A DNA stretch of 64,000 nucleotides. Source: Octopus sinensis. Its lineage: Eukaryota. Below the pieces are notes generated by a model, which saw nothing but the letters and a program-made list of their open reading frames with translations, searched no databases and was not told the DNA's origin. Of the stretch, positions 12,660 to 24,639 are shown in pieces. The position numbers were made by a program, and so were the translations under genes. The stretch lies in the NCBI RefSeq assembly GCF_006345805.1, contig NC_043005.1, positions 7,378,001 through 7,442,000 of the forward strand, in the 5' to 3' direction. Within the stretch, counting starts at the first letter, position 1; each line of letters opens with the position of its first letter.

Positions 12660-13310
12660 TAATCCTTTCTACTATTGGTTCAAGGCCTGAAATTTGTTGG
12701 GCGGGGACTAGTCGATTACATCAGCCCCAGTGATTCACTGGTACTTAATATATCAAAAGGATGAAAGGAAAGTTGACCCTGGTGGTATTTGAACTCAGAA
12801 TCTAATGACAGATGAAATACAGCCAAGCATTTCACCTGGCATGCTAACGATTCTGCCTTAATGATAATAATAATCCTCTCTACTGTAGGCACAATTCTTG
12901 AAATTTGTGGGGAGGGGATAAACCAATCACATTGATCCCAGTACTTGACTGGTACTTAATTTATCAACCCCCAAAAGGATGAAAGGCAAAGTTGTCCTCG
13001 GCAAAATTTGAACTCAGAACGTAATAGCAGACAAAATACATCTAAACATTTCACCCAGCATGCAAACGATTCTGCCAGCTCACCACCTTAATAATAATGG
13101 TTTCAAATTTTGCCACAATTTTGCCAGCAATTTTGGGGGAGGGAATGAGTCGATTAAATCGACCCTAGTGTTGAACTGGTACTTATTTTATCAACCCCAA
13201 AAGAATGAAAGGCAAAGTTGACCTTGGTGAAGTTTTGAACTCAGATCGGAGGAACAGGCAAAATACCACTATGCATTTCATCCAGCATGCTAACAATTCT
13301 GCCAACTCAA
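12660..13310 (-). mobile_element. Three head-to-tail older SINE-B copies
   Basis: The block ccccag..actggtactta..aaaggatgaaagg..tttgaactcag..ttctgccagct occurs three times. Confidence 0.8.
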
Positions 13311-13402
13311 CACATTGATAATAATAACAATAATGATAATTGTTACAAATTTATGCCCAAGGCTAGCAATGTGGTAGATTACATCAACCTCGGTACGTGA
13401 CT

Positions 13403-13640
13403 GAGGCGGCGAGCTGGCAGAAACGTTAGCACGCCAGGCGAAATGCTTAGCGGTATTTCGTCTGCCATTACAATCTGAGTTCAAATTCCGCCGAGGTCGA
13501 CTTTGCCTTTCATCCTTTCGGGGTCGATAAATAAAGTACCAGTTACGCACTCAGGTCAATATAATCAACTTCATCCCCGTTTGTCTGTCCTTGTTTGTCC
13601 TCTCTGTGTTTAGCCCCTTGTGGGCAGTAAAGAAATAGGT
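13403..13640 (+). mobile_element. SINE-B, young full-length copy inserted in an older antisense copy
   Basis: GGCGGCGAGCTGGCAGAAACG head through the aaagaaatagg tail. Confidence 0.9.
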
Positions 13641-13977
13641 AATATATTTTATTGACCCCTAAAGTATGAAAGGCAAAGTTGATTTCTGCAGGATTTGAAC
13701 TCACAAGAAAAAGAGCTGGAACAAATCCCACCAATTGCTAATCTTTTTGCTCATGATAATAAAAGTCACGCTTCACAAACTGGAGTACTAACTAAATGAG
13801 ATTCAAAATACATTATAGCAACATGGCAACCATGAAATCACAAAAAACACTCATACACATGCATGTGTGTGTGCGTGTGTGTTGTATGTATAAATATATA
13901 AAAACATACACACAAGTAAACGGATATGCAGATACATGGACATAACACATAATTGCATATATTATTGTATATATACA

Positions 13978-14333
13978 TGACACAGGCATGGTTGTGTGGT
14001 AAGAAGATTGCTTCCCAACCAGGCATGGTTCTGGGTTCTGTCCCACTGCATGGCACCTTGGGCAAGTGTCTTCTACTGTAGCTTCAGGCCAACCAAGCCC
14101 TTGTGAGTGGATTTGGTAGTCAGAAACTGAAAGAACCCTGTTGTATATATGTATATATATATATAAGTTCAGTAAAATTTAGATTCAGTTGAATATGGTA
14201 CTTAAGTTAAAGGCACCAGAATTTAATATGGTATTATCCATATAATTCAAAATGGCGCGATTACAATCAAAATAAGCTACAAGGATATCCAGAGGTAATG
14301 CATTACTTCTGGATATCCTGGTTGCTTATTTTG

Positions 14334-14374
<41 letters not shown>

Positions 14375-14790
14375 TCATCGTCGTTTAACGTCCGTTCTCC
14401 ATGCTAGCATGGGTTGGACGGTTCGACCGGGGTTCTGGGAAGCCAGAAGGCTGCACCAGGCTCCAGTCTAATTTGGCAATGTTTCTACAGCTGGATGCCC
14501 TTCCTAACGCCAACCACTCCGTGAGTGTAGTGGGTGCTTTTTACGTGCCACCTGCATATATATATATATATATGTATATGTGTGTATTTTTGTGCCTGTG
14601 TTTCTCCCTGACCACCGATTGACAACCGGTGATGGTGTGTTTATGTTCCCGTAACTTATCAATTCAGCAAAAGAGACTGATAGAATAATACCAGACTTAA
14701 AAATAATTACTGAGGTTGATTTGTTCATCTAAAAATTCCTCAAGGTGGTGCTCCAGCATGGCTGCAGTCGAATAACTAAAAGAATGTAAA
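13978..14790 (+). mobile_element. SINE-A split at its microsatellite by nested insertions
   Basis: 5' half at 13978-14160, 3' half at 14560-14790. Confidence 0.75.
14373..14552 (-). mobile_element. RTE 3' end inserted in the (TA)n of a SINE-A copy
   Basis: Family body flanked by TA repeats. Confidence 0.85.
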
Positions 14791-15139
14791 ATTGATATAT
14801 AATAACCTTGTAAAATAGTTTAACCAATAAGGAAAAAGTACAATTTGGGGGAGAAAAAAGTGGCGAGATTTACACAGAAAAGAACAGGGTCTACTTCGGT
14901 TCAGACCCCAAGTGTAGAAGTACTGGGATGAAATGGTGAGCAGAGTGGCTAATCTCACCTAGAAATGGGCTATGAGAAAGCTATCCCTGAAAGGTCAGGC
15001 AAAGGTGACAAATGCTCATGTCATCTCTGTTATCTATTACCAACTCATTTGCATGCCTTGCCCCAGTTCATATCTTCTCAGACTGGAGCACCTGCTGTTC
15101 TACTTTCTGTGGAAGGGCCAAGTAGTCCATTTGTTGTGA

Positions 15140-15800
15140 AGACTTTCTGAGTTAGAGAACTGGACATCCCTCAGTTGATGATGCACAAACATGGGATGAG
15201 GCTACATCTCCAGTGTTTCATTGATTGTGAGTTGGTGGGTCACTGTTTGCCAAACTTGTTTTTCTACAGTTTGTCTCTAAAACAGAATAGAGCAAGGCAA
15301 GGTACCTGGCACCCAGAGTGTCATCAGGTGCTCACAGTTCTCAGCAAGTCAGGCAATGTGGTCTGCAGAGATTCCACTTTGGTGTTCTATAGAAGGTTGG
15401 TTGCAGGCAAGAGCAATGACACTCTCAGGGAGACTCTAGATGTGAATGAGAATCAATTGACTAATTTTAGAGGACTTTGGGACAGAGGTAATTTCCAGAA
15501 ATCTCTGGTCTGGTCTGGTGGTGCTATTGAGGTGTGGGAGTATATTGCTATTCTGAGATAAACTTCACAGGCATAGAAGTGATGCCAGCCAGGCCTGCTT
15601 GGGATGAGCACAGCATGACAAAACTGTTCAGCACACTTATCGGTGCTTAGGCATTGCTGATTCATGGAGCTATGTTGAACACCTGCTATTGCATGGAAAA
15701 CAAATTGGACTATCAACTGAGTCCATTGTGAAGATCATGCTGCTGCCTTCATTTGTCTAGGCAGGTTAGGCAGTTTTCAGCTGTGTGGTGGTCTTAGCAA
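15140..15800 (-). mobile_element. Old LINE endonuclease-region remnant
   Basis: A degenerate minus-strand reading resembles APE-domain motifs; weak. Confidence 0.4.
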
Positions 15801-15865
15801 AAGAAATTTTGTGGTGGACCAGACTGAAAGAACACAAGACAGACACCTTCCACTTTGGTCAAGCT

Positions 15866-16185
15866 TTCATTAACCACCTCACCAACAACAACACTGAACA
15901 CCTTTTTGATCTTCATGTGTCTAACACACGTGGACATGCCTACAAAGTCAGAAAACAACACAGCTCCCATGACTTTCGGAAACATTTTTTCACACTCAGA
16001 GTTGCTGAAGCATGGAATAAACTGCCTGCGTCAGTTGTTGACTGCCATGACACTGCATCCTTTAAGGCCCTCATGCTTTCCGAAATCCGCCGAAACTACA
16101 CCTGATTATATATACACTTTCGATGAGTTGTAGTGCACCTGAGCACTGTACACAATGTTTTTATTATTATTATTATTATTTTTAT
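15866..16185 (+). mobile_element. CR1-like LINE 3' end with (TTA)n tail
   Basis: TRGHAYKVRKQHSSHDFRKHFFTLRVAEAWNKLP, a typical CR1 ORF2 C-terminus. Confidence 0.85.
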
Positions 16186-16809
16186 TATTTTCAAGTTTCA
16201 CTGAAAAAGGAAAGTAAGGATGGAGAGGAAAGTACTGCCATGCCACACATTTGTTGCAAGGTGAATGTGAGTGGCAAGGATGGCCCAAGTGAATGCACTT
16301 GCTTTGTGTATACTCCTGCAGACTGAGGACAGGGAGAAGATACTTACCCTTGTGGTCAGGGTGACCATGGCTTTGTAAGGTTACCCTGAAGCAGCTCTTG
16401 GAAGTCTCCCCACTTTTTGGAAAATGTTCCTTGTTTGACTTTTTAAGTTTCTTTCTGTTGTTTTACTATTTACACACTTTTATGTAACACAGACTTGTGT
16501 TGTATTATATCATCATGTACCATCCTCAGTCTTTTTATAAACTCTTAGTAGTGAATAAAAAAATATTACTATCATTGTTTGTATTTTTATTGTTATTAAG
16601 GATGCAAGCTGGCAGAAATGTTAGCGTGTTGAGAAATAGGATTAGTAACATTTCTTTTGACTTACTACATTCTGATTTCAACTCAACGTTTTGTCCTTTG
16701 GGGTTACTAAAATAAGTACTAGTTGAGCACTGGGGACCCCTAAAATTGCTAACCTTGAGTCAAAATTTGAATCCATTATTGTTATTATTATTATAAAGCT
16801 TTTACATAC

Positions 16810-17260
16810 AAACTTAATTAGCAGTAATGTTATCCTGAGGTTTAGTGACAAATTTCTCAAATCCCCAGAATATTTCTCAGGGCTCTTAGAATACAGGATG
16901 GCACTTTTCTGCATGTTGACAACATGAATTTCAATAACCACAGGAATAATTCTTGTCTTAGTCTTCAACAATCTCCTCAACTCTCTTGCTAGATCTTGAT
17001 TTCAATTTCTTTGATATCAACTCTGTTATCATAGGGAATTCCATAGTCTATGCTCGTACACTGTTTATTTTATTTTCTATAATCATATTTGGTATTCTTG
17101 CTTCAATAATATGGTCAGTCTTTAAGGGGAAGTCCCATAAGATCTCGTAATTCTTATTTTCTATCACAGCCTCTGGTTCGTGTCCATACCACTTCCTGTT
17201 ATTTCAAGGCCACACACTTAGCTAACATCCCAGTGCACTTTTTGGCAATCTTTGGTTTTA
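16810..17260 (-). mobile_element. R4/Dong-like non-LTR remnant (restriction-like endonuclease end)
   Basis: Frameshifted ILWDF-L-TDHII, DYGIPYD and LARELRRL...IIPVVI motifs. Confidence 0.65.
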
Positions 17261-17542
17261 TAAACAGCAATTAGGGTTTATTCCTTTCCAATCTGAGTAA
17301 AAAATCTTGTTGGGTGTCAATAAACTGATCTCAGTAGTTCTTCTGGATCAATCGAAGTAAACACACCAAAATGTATTTTTTGTCAAGCCAAAAAGAGTAA
17401 TGTAAATGAATTAAAAAATAATAGTGAAACTGCATTTACTGTTTTTATTAATCTTATTCACTTTACTAGACTGTAAAATCTTTTCTTCTATACATAAAAA
17501 TTAAGTGAATTAAGATGAAAACAAGAATTTATTAAGACTTAC

Positions 17543-17621
17543 CTGATTTTTTGATCACTGCTTTTGCATTGAATTTCAAACATGAATGACTCAACATTGC
17601 TTTATTATCAACTGCAACCAC
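17543..17621 (-). other. Candidate 5' leader exon of the TMEM241-like gene, containing a uATG at 17597
   Basis: 79-nt segment with a long upstream pyrimidine tract, a CACAG acceptor and a CAG|GTAAGT donor. Same strand as, and upstream of, exon 8728-8829, which itself needs an upstream donor. Confidence 0.55.
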
Positions 17622-17715
17622 CTGTGGTTATGATAGTGATATGAGTACTATAACATGAGAAAAATAATGGAAAAGAAAAAAAAGAATTCTACTGGTTGGT
17701 GGGCAAGATGTTTAA

Positions 17716-17934
17716 CCCTTTAGTATTTAAACTGGCCATATCCGGCCAAAATAGTTAATCTGTTTTATGTTCAAACTGACCAGATCCAGGCTCTCACACC
17801 TACCCTACAATGTTATTCTACATGAAGTAATTACACCATCAAGATCTTGAAGATATGAGATAATGCATGATTAATTCAAATCAATGGGAATCAATAGGTA
17901 TTATATTTGATTGAATAATATGAACACTAAAGGG
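17716..17934. mobile_element. piggyBac-like MITE family 2
   Basis: TTAA|CCCTTTAGT ... ACTAAAGGG|TTAA; a partial copy lies at about 56530-56735. Confidence 0.8.
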
Positions 17935-18014
17935 TTAAAAAAAAGCATGAATTAAAAATCTTTTTTTTTTAAGAGCTTCCCCATTGTTTTAAAATAAGAT
18001 ATATAAAAACAATA

Positions 18015-18405
18015 GGCATAGGAGTGGCTGTGTGGTAAGTAGCTTGCTTACGAACCACATGGTTCCGGGTTCAGTCCCACTGCGTGGCACCTTGGGCAAG
18101 TGTCTTCTACTATAGCCTCGGGCTGACCAAAGCCTTGTGAGTGGATTTGGTAGACGGAAACTGAAAGAAGCCCGTCGTATATATGTGTGTGTGTGTTTGT
18201 GTGTCTGTCCCCCCCCCCCAACATCGCTTGACAACCGATGCTGGTGTGTTTACGTCCCCGTAACTTAGCGGTTCGGGAAAAGAGACCGATAGAATAAGTA
18301 CTGGGCTTACAAAGAATAAGTCCAGGGGTTGATTTGCTCGACTAAAGGCGGTGCTCCAGCATGGCCGCAGTCAAGTGACTGAAACAAGTAAAAGACGTAA
18401 AAGAC
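18015..18405 (+). mobile_element. tRNA-derived SINE family A, full length
   Basis: A-box/B-box head (GGCTGTGTGGTAAG ... GGTTCAGTCCC), internal (TA)/(TG) tract, GTAAAAGA tail. Confidence 0.9.
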
Positions 18406-18692
18406 TAAAAACTATTGGGAAAATCCTGACAAAAACAGAAAAATTCCAACTTATGAGTGTCTGCTATTCTTAAAGTCTGCCAAAATATATCACAACTAAA
18501 GAATTCTGCACTACTTCCTTTAGAATTGCATCTTATTGCTCTGCCTGCATCCATAAAACATACTTGGTAAGATACTTCTGCTTATTATGAAGAACCTTTT
18601 GTACTTGTTTAAACAGAGATGCTCAGCTTTACCTGCTCTTCCCAATTTATCTCACCCTATTGACTAAATTAAAAATGTTTCCACCTAATACA

Positions 18693-19112
18693 GGCGCAGG
18701 AGTGGCTGTGTGGTAAGTAGCTTGCTAACCAACCACATGGTTCCAGGTTCAGTCCCACGGCATGGCATCTTGGGCAAGTGTCTTCTGCTATAGCCCCGAG
18801 CCGACCAATGCCTTGTGAGTGGATTTGGTAGACGGAAACTGAAAGAAGCCTGTCGTATATATGTATATATATATTATAAATGTGTGTGTATATGTGTGTG
18901 TGTCTGTGTTTGTCCCCCTAGCATTGCTTGACAACCGATGCTGGTGTGTTTACGTCCCCGTCACTTAGCGGTTCGGCAAAAGAGACCGATAGAATAAGTA
19001 CTGGGCTTACAAAGAATAAGTCCCGGGGTCGATTTGCTCGACTAAAGGCGGTGCTCCAGCATGGCCGCAGTCAAATAACTGAAACAAGTAAAAGAGAGTA
19101 AAAAGAAAGAGA
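18693..19112 (+). mobile_element. SINE-A, full length
   Basis: Same head, body and tail. Confidence 0.9.
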
Positions 19113-19417
19113 GTAATACAACCACATATTTACAACATCAAAACAACTTATACATACAGGCAGGGCCATTTTAGCAGCATTATAGGTCCCTGGGCAAATT
19201 AATGCACTAGGTTTTATAGTATTTATATACTGACAGCAAGCCACATCATACATAGATAAGAATTGGGTCTCTTGACCTGTAAGACACCCCAGGCAACTTC
19301 CCAGTATACACTTACTTTAAGATGGCAATGAATACAGACATTCTCAGCACATAAACTATTGTTCCTAAACACATTACTATTATGTATATTTCAGTGTTGT
19401 GATATTTTATACATATA

Positions 19418-19822
19418 GGCGCAGGAGTGGCTGTGTGGTAAGTAGCTTGCTAACCAACCACATGGTTCCGGGTTCAGTCCCACTGCGTGGCATCTTGGGC
19501 AAGTGTCTTCTGCTATAGCCCCGGGCCGACCAATGCCTTGTGAGTGGATTTGGTAGACGGAAACTGAAAGAAACCTGTCGTATATATGTATATATATATA
19601 TATGTGTGTGTGTTTGTGTGTCTGTGTTTGTCCCCCTAGCATTGCTTGACAACCGATGCTGGTGTGTTTACGTCCCCGTCACTCAGCGGTTCGGCAAAAG
19701 AGACCGATAGAATAAGTACTGGGCTTACAAAGAATAAGTCCCGGGGTCGATTTGCTCGACTAAAGGTGGTGCTCCAGCATGGCCGCAGTCAAATGACTGA
19801 AACAAGTAAAAGAGTAAAAGAA
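19418..19822 (+). mobile_element. SINE-A, full length
   Basis: Same head, body and tail. Confidence 0.9.
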
Positions 19823-20212
19823 TACATGGAACTATTTTCTGAACTTTTGTGAATATTGTGAACATATTTTACTCTTACAATTGTGAACTTTCTTGACTTG
19901 TGCTCTCTGTAAATTTAAATAATGTACTTGCTTTTGTTGTTACATGTTGTATTTGTTTTTATTGTTCAAATTGTTAAAAAAATTTTTTTGTCTGCCGCAT
20001 ATTTTCATATCATTTGTGACATGGCAAACTCACGAAAGGAGAGTTCTGTGGCAAGAAGTTGGCTAAGATTCAAACCATAGTTTTCAGATTTTTCCCCATC
20101 CCAGAAACATGACCAAATGATAATTTTCATCTGCTGACTGATTTATCAAAAGAAGCAAGCAAATTTTCCAGCCAAATGGATTCTAGAATCTTCTGAGCAG
20201 TCAAAATTTCAT

Positions 20213-20602
20213 TGCCAGCGCCGCCCCGACTGGCCTCGTGCCGGTGACACGTAAAAAGCACCATCCGTTCGTGGCCGTTGCCAGCCTCGCCTGGCCCCCG
20301 TGAAAAAGCACCATCCATTTGTGGCCGTTGCCAGCCTCACCTGGCCCCCGTGCCGGTGGCACATAAAAAGCACCATCCGATCGTGGCCGTTTGCCAGACT
20401 CATCTGGCACCTGTGCTGGCAGCACGTAAAAAGCACCCACTACACTCATGGAGTGGTTGGCGTTAGGAAGGGCATCCAGCCGTAGTAACATTGCCAGATC
20501 AAACTGGGCCTGGTGCAGCCTTCTGGCTTCCCAGACCCCAGTTGAACCGTCCAACCCATGCTAGCATGGAAAGCGGACGCTAAACGATGATGATGATGAT
20601 GA
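20213..20602 (+). mobile_element. RTE 3' end
   Basis: Tandem units, family body and (GAT)n tail. Confidence 0.9.
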
Positions 20603-21019
20603 TAGTCTGTCGCCTATTCTCCTAGAAAATCCAACCTAATCAGAGAGCTACTTTGGGTTTTGTTTGGGATGGTCATCTCTCATCTCATCTTTCTCTTCTA
20701 CTCACAAGCCTTAACTTGCAGTGCCAACCGCCAAATAATGATTGAATACACGTGTGTGTAATGATTGAAAACATGTACACACGTGTTCATATATAAATAC
20801 AGCACAGTAGTAAATAAAATATTTGGAAATTCAAACAAATTTTAGTATTAACACTCACAACCTAACAGCCTACGTGATATAAAAACTAAAAACAAAAAAG
20901 ATAAGACTAACAACCACAAAAAAACATTAGACTAGAACAACTCTAGCTTCTGTTAAAATTATTTTTATAGCTTAATACATCTTGGGCTAACTACAGGAAT
21001 GTGGCCTCCCACCAAATTT

Positions 21020-21440
21020 GTTTCACACCCCCTAACTTTTTAAAATGCATATTTCTTTTTTTAAGAATTTTTTCAGAGATACAGTTTAGCTAATGTGTAT
21101 TATGATTATATCAAAACAAAAAAAAAAGTTGCATAAATTTGATTTTGTGGAGGAATTTCAAATAATTCCTTTATTCCTGACTTTGTTTCATCATAGTTTT
21201 CTTTAAAATGCATGCTTTTTTAATGAAATTTTCCAAAAATCTGGTTCGTTATGATTGTGTGGGAGGACTGAAAAAGTTTGGGGAGGGAACATATCCTTCT
21301 CACGGGACTTAGTTAAATGCATGTTTTTTAATGAAATTTTCCATACTTTTAATTTTATATTTTAACCTACACCATGTAAATTTTATTTACGGAAAATTTC
21401 ATTAAAAAATATGCATTAAAGAAAGTTAGAGGACACACCT
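21020..21440. mobile_element. Old TIR/fold-back-like element
   Basis: cccctaactttttaaaatgcat versus atgcattaaagaaagttagagg; internal direct and inverted copies of ttttttaatgaaattttcc. Confidence 0.5.
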
Positions 21441-22049
21441 CCGTTGTTATATTTGTTAACGATTATGAAATCCAATTCATTTTTCGATTCCATTTATTTT
21501 TTTATTTGCTTCGGTCATTGGACAGCGGCAACAGTCTTGAAAAGTTTTGTCGATTCCATCGCTTCCAATATTGTTTAAAGTATGGTGCTGTTTCTATTGG
21601 CTTTTTATGCCTAACCATTAAGTTACGGAAATGGAAACAAATCGACGCCAATCGCCAATAAGGTGAAAGACACACACGACCTCACAGGGAATTGGTTTAC
21701 TTATAGTTAAAGACACTTGACCATTGTACCATGCGGTAAGAGTGAACCGTACGGTTGTGAAACGAACTTCTTAACCACACATCTATGCTTGTGCCTCATT
21801 TTCTGGGGTATTTTTTTAAACAAAAACCAGCAACGAAAATATGTGTTCAAATGAAATTTTTATCTTTTACTTGTTTCAGTCATCGGGATACATCCCATTC
21901 TAGGCACCGTCCTGAAGGGTTTTAGTCGTACAAATCGCCCCAGTCCTCCTTACTTTTTAAAGTTGGTACTTATTCTGAGTCTCTTTTGCCGAATCGCTTT
22001 GTTACGGGGACGTAAACAAACTAACACCGGTTGTCAAGCGGTGGGATGG

Positions 22050-22091
<42 letters not shown>

Positions 22092-22109
22092 CTGTTCTTG
22101 TATACAATA

Positions 22110-22390
22110 AGAGCATATTCGAATTGAGATAATTGGAGAACGGAGCGGAATGAACGATGTGATCGCAGACTACCGAAAGCACAAATTCCGCTGGGCCGGA
22201 CATGTGACAATGTTCATAGATAACAGGTGGACCCTTGCAGTTGCGAGGGGTCGGAAAAGACCACTGGGAAGGCTTCCACAACAACGGAAAGATGATTCAG
22301 TTACGCAATTTGGGTTAAGATAGAAAAGAATAGTGCAATCAAGACAGAATTAGAGGCGCATTGTGATCAGCGATTACGGCATTTGATGAT
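22110..22390 (+). mobile_element. 3' fragment of a second RTE family
   Basis: Reads DVIADYRKHKFRWAGHV...DNRWT...KRPLGR, a typical RTE C-terminus. Confidence 0.7.
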
Positions 22391-22430
22391 CGATACTGTG
22401 TCATACATATATAGGCGGACGTCCGCCCAC

Positions 22431-22432
22431 AC

Positions 22433-22479
<47 letters not shown>
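22431..22479. repeat. (TA)n microsatellite
   Basis: Direct reading. Confidence 0.95.
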
Positions 22480-22481
<2 letters not shown>

Positions 22482-22959
22482 CAATATAAGGGTAGCAAAA
22501 AATTCAATAGAAATGTTTTCGCCACCAGCGATTTTTGATTTTCCTTTAATTTCTGAATTACTACTATTTAGCGGTTTGAGTATGGCTGCTCTTTCTAGTG
22601 AGACGAATGGCCTACCAGGGTCATTCCATTATATTGTTGAATTTATATATATATATATATATGCTCGACAGGCTTCTTTAAGTTTCCGTTCTACGAAATT
22701 TACACATAAGGCTTTGGTTGGTCCAGGTCTAAAGTAGAAGATAGCTGACCGATATAGTAGCTGGTTGGGGAACAAACTACTTCTCACACAGCCCCATGCC
22801 TGCAATTTATTATATTTTAATAATAAAAAAATGTTTTTTTAAAAGCTGGTTGAGATTACAATAATACAACAAAAATCTATTGGCCTATTGTCAATGAAGT
22901 CAAAAACACATACTACAGCAAAAACAAATGTTCTAAAACAAATATTAAGCATTACTCAC

Positions 22960-23060
22960 TTATCAATTTCACAAACTTTTAATTTTAAAACGTAACCAGT
23001 ACAAACATTAAGCAAACAGGTAGTAGCATCTTCGACAGACTGAACACGAAGTCAAATTGC
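22960..23060 (-). promoter_or_regulatory. Candidate first exon / TSS region of the TMEM241-like gene
   Basis: GTGAGT donor at 22959-22954; lies in a CpG-richer stretch (about 21500-24100); contains a 14-codon uORF at 23029-22985. The 5' boundary is a guess. Confidence 0.4.
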
Positions 23061-24184
23061 CAACCAAAAAGAAATGTTGATTCCAGTTGTATACAATATC
23101 TTTCTGGATAATGCTTCTTATAAGTTTTAGACTATATTTTCACAGTATTCGTTGTTTTATGGTCAGAAAATATGAATGGGCGTATCGACAATCACTAGGT
23201 GAACGTATAGAAGGGGAACTTGGGTTTTGTTTCTTTCTAAAGAGTTCGGATAGATTTGTTTTCAACAACGGATATTTGGATTTTACAACAATAAAATAAA
23301 AACACGCCAAATTTTTCATTCCACCCCCCTCCAACTGCTCCTAGCGAAACGAATATGCAACTATGCAATAATTGTCTTATTAATAAATTTCTTCTTTTAA
23401 TTGCTGAACAGCCTGTTAAATAGCTCGTTAATATTAATTTTTTTTTTGTTAATTAAAAGAACGAACTTTTCTAATAGCAACTCTGATGTTATAACTTTAA
23501 TGATGAAGTTTTTAAAGTAACTTTGGAAAGCCTACAAATAAAATTATTACACTGACACGTAAGCGCACTGCAAATAGGTTGAGTCGAGACAATCTTAATA
23601 GGAAAGATTACGAGCAAAATAATCCAAATACAACAGTAACAATAATAATGGAACTGGAAACATTGTTGAGAAGTTATAAAAATAACTTTGCAAAGATTTA
23701 ACCGAAGAAAATATCGTTAATATATTACCACTTAATAACAATAAGCGACTTATAAGCATTTGCGTATTCGTTTCGCTTACTCGAATAGCCAAGTCTATTT
23801 TTTGTATTTCCCTCTCATTGTTTTGGTTTCATGATTCGTCCCGCGGATTTATGTAAACTAGAGATAGCCATGCAGATAGGAAAATTTGTAACCTGTATAA
23901 TCATGTTTCTTTAACAATTTTCAAAAAAAGTTGAATGTGTTTCTTTCGTTTTAAACCGATTAAACGTCAAAGTGTATCGCATGGGATCAAATGATTGTTC
24001 GTTAATCTTCGTAAAATTTTTTATTGATTTACTTATCGCGGGACGTGTTCAGCTCTATGCATTTGAAGTCAGTCATACACGCTCACAAACACACACGTAC
24101 ACCCATTATCTTCCATATACACGTACATACATAGATACATGTGTTTATATATCTTTTTTGTATGTATGTGTGTATATAGCCACA

Positions 24185-24605
24185 CATGGTAGGTGTCCCT
24201 CCATCAGACACCTACCATACACTGAGCGCCTTGTTTCCCTGGGCATGGATTCACTGAAGCTCCGACGTCTGGCGACGGACTTGGTAAACACCCACAAAGT
24301 TATCAACCACCTCACCAACAACAACACTGAACACCTTTTTGATCTTCATGTGTCTAACACACGTGGACATGCCTACAAAGTCAGAAAACAACACAGCTCC
24401 CATGACTTTCGGAAACATTTTTTCACGCTCAGAGTTGCTGAAGCATGGAATAAACTGCCTGCGTCAGTTGTTGACTGCCATGACACTGCATCCTTTAAGG
24501 CCCTCATGCTTTCCGAAATCCGCCGAAACTATACCTGATTATACATACACTTTAGATGAGTTGTAGTGCACCTGAGCACTGTACACAATTATTATTATTA
24601 TTATA
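24185..24605 (+). mobile_element. CR1-like LINE 3' end, near-identical to 15866-16185
   Basis: Same peptide and tail. Confidence 0.85.
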
Positions 24606-24639
24606 TATCCGTATACGTATACACACATGTATGTGTGTG

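Larger units (their letters stand above)
21855..22800 (-). mobile_element. SINE-A split by an RTE fragment and (TA)n
   Basis: 3' half at 21855-22075, 5' half at 22665-22800. Confidence 0.65.

Noticed and set aside
15140-16185. Possible twin-primed (5'-inverted) LINE
   Set aside because: The minus-strand part is far more decayed than the young CR1 3' end, so two independent insertions are more likely.
18015-18095. tRNA-like A/B-box sequences at SINE heads
   Set aside because: They run straight into SINE bodies present in many copies and show no complete cloverleaf; not called as tRNA genes.
23972-24538. 188-aa ORF
   Set aside because: A CR1 ORF2 tail fused by chance to upstream low-complexity sequence; non-ATG start.
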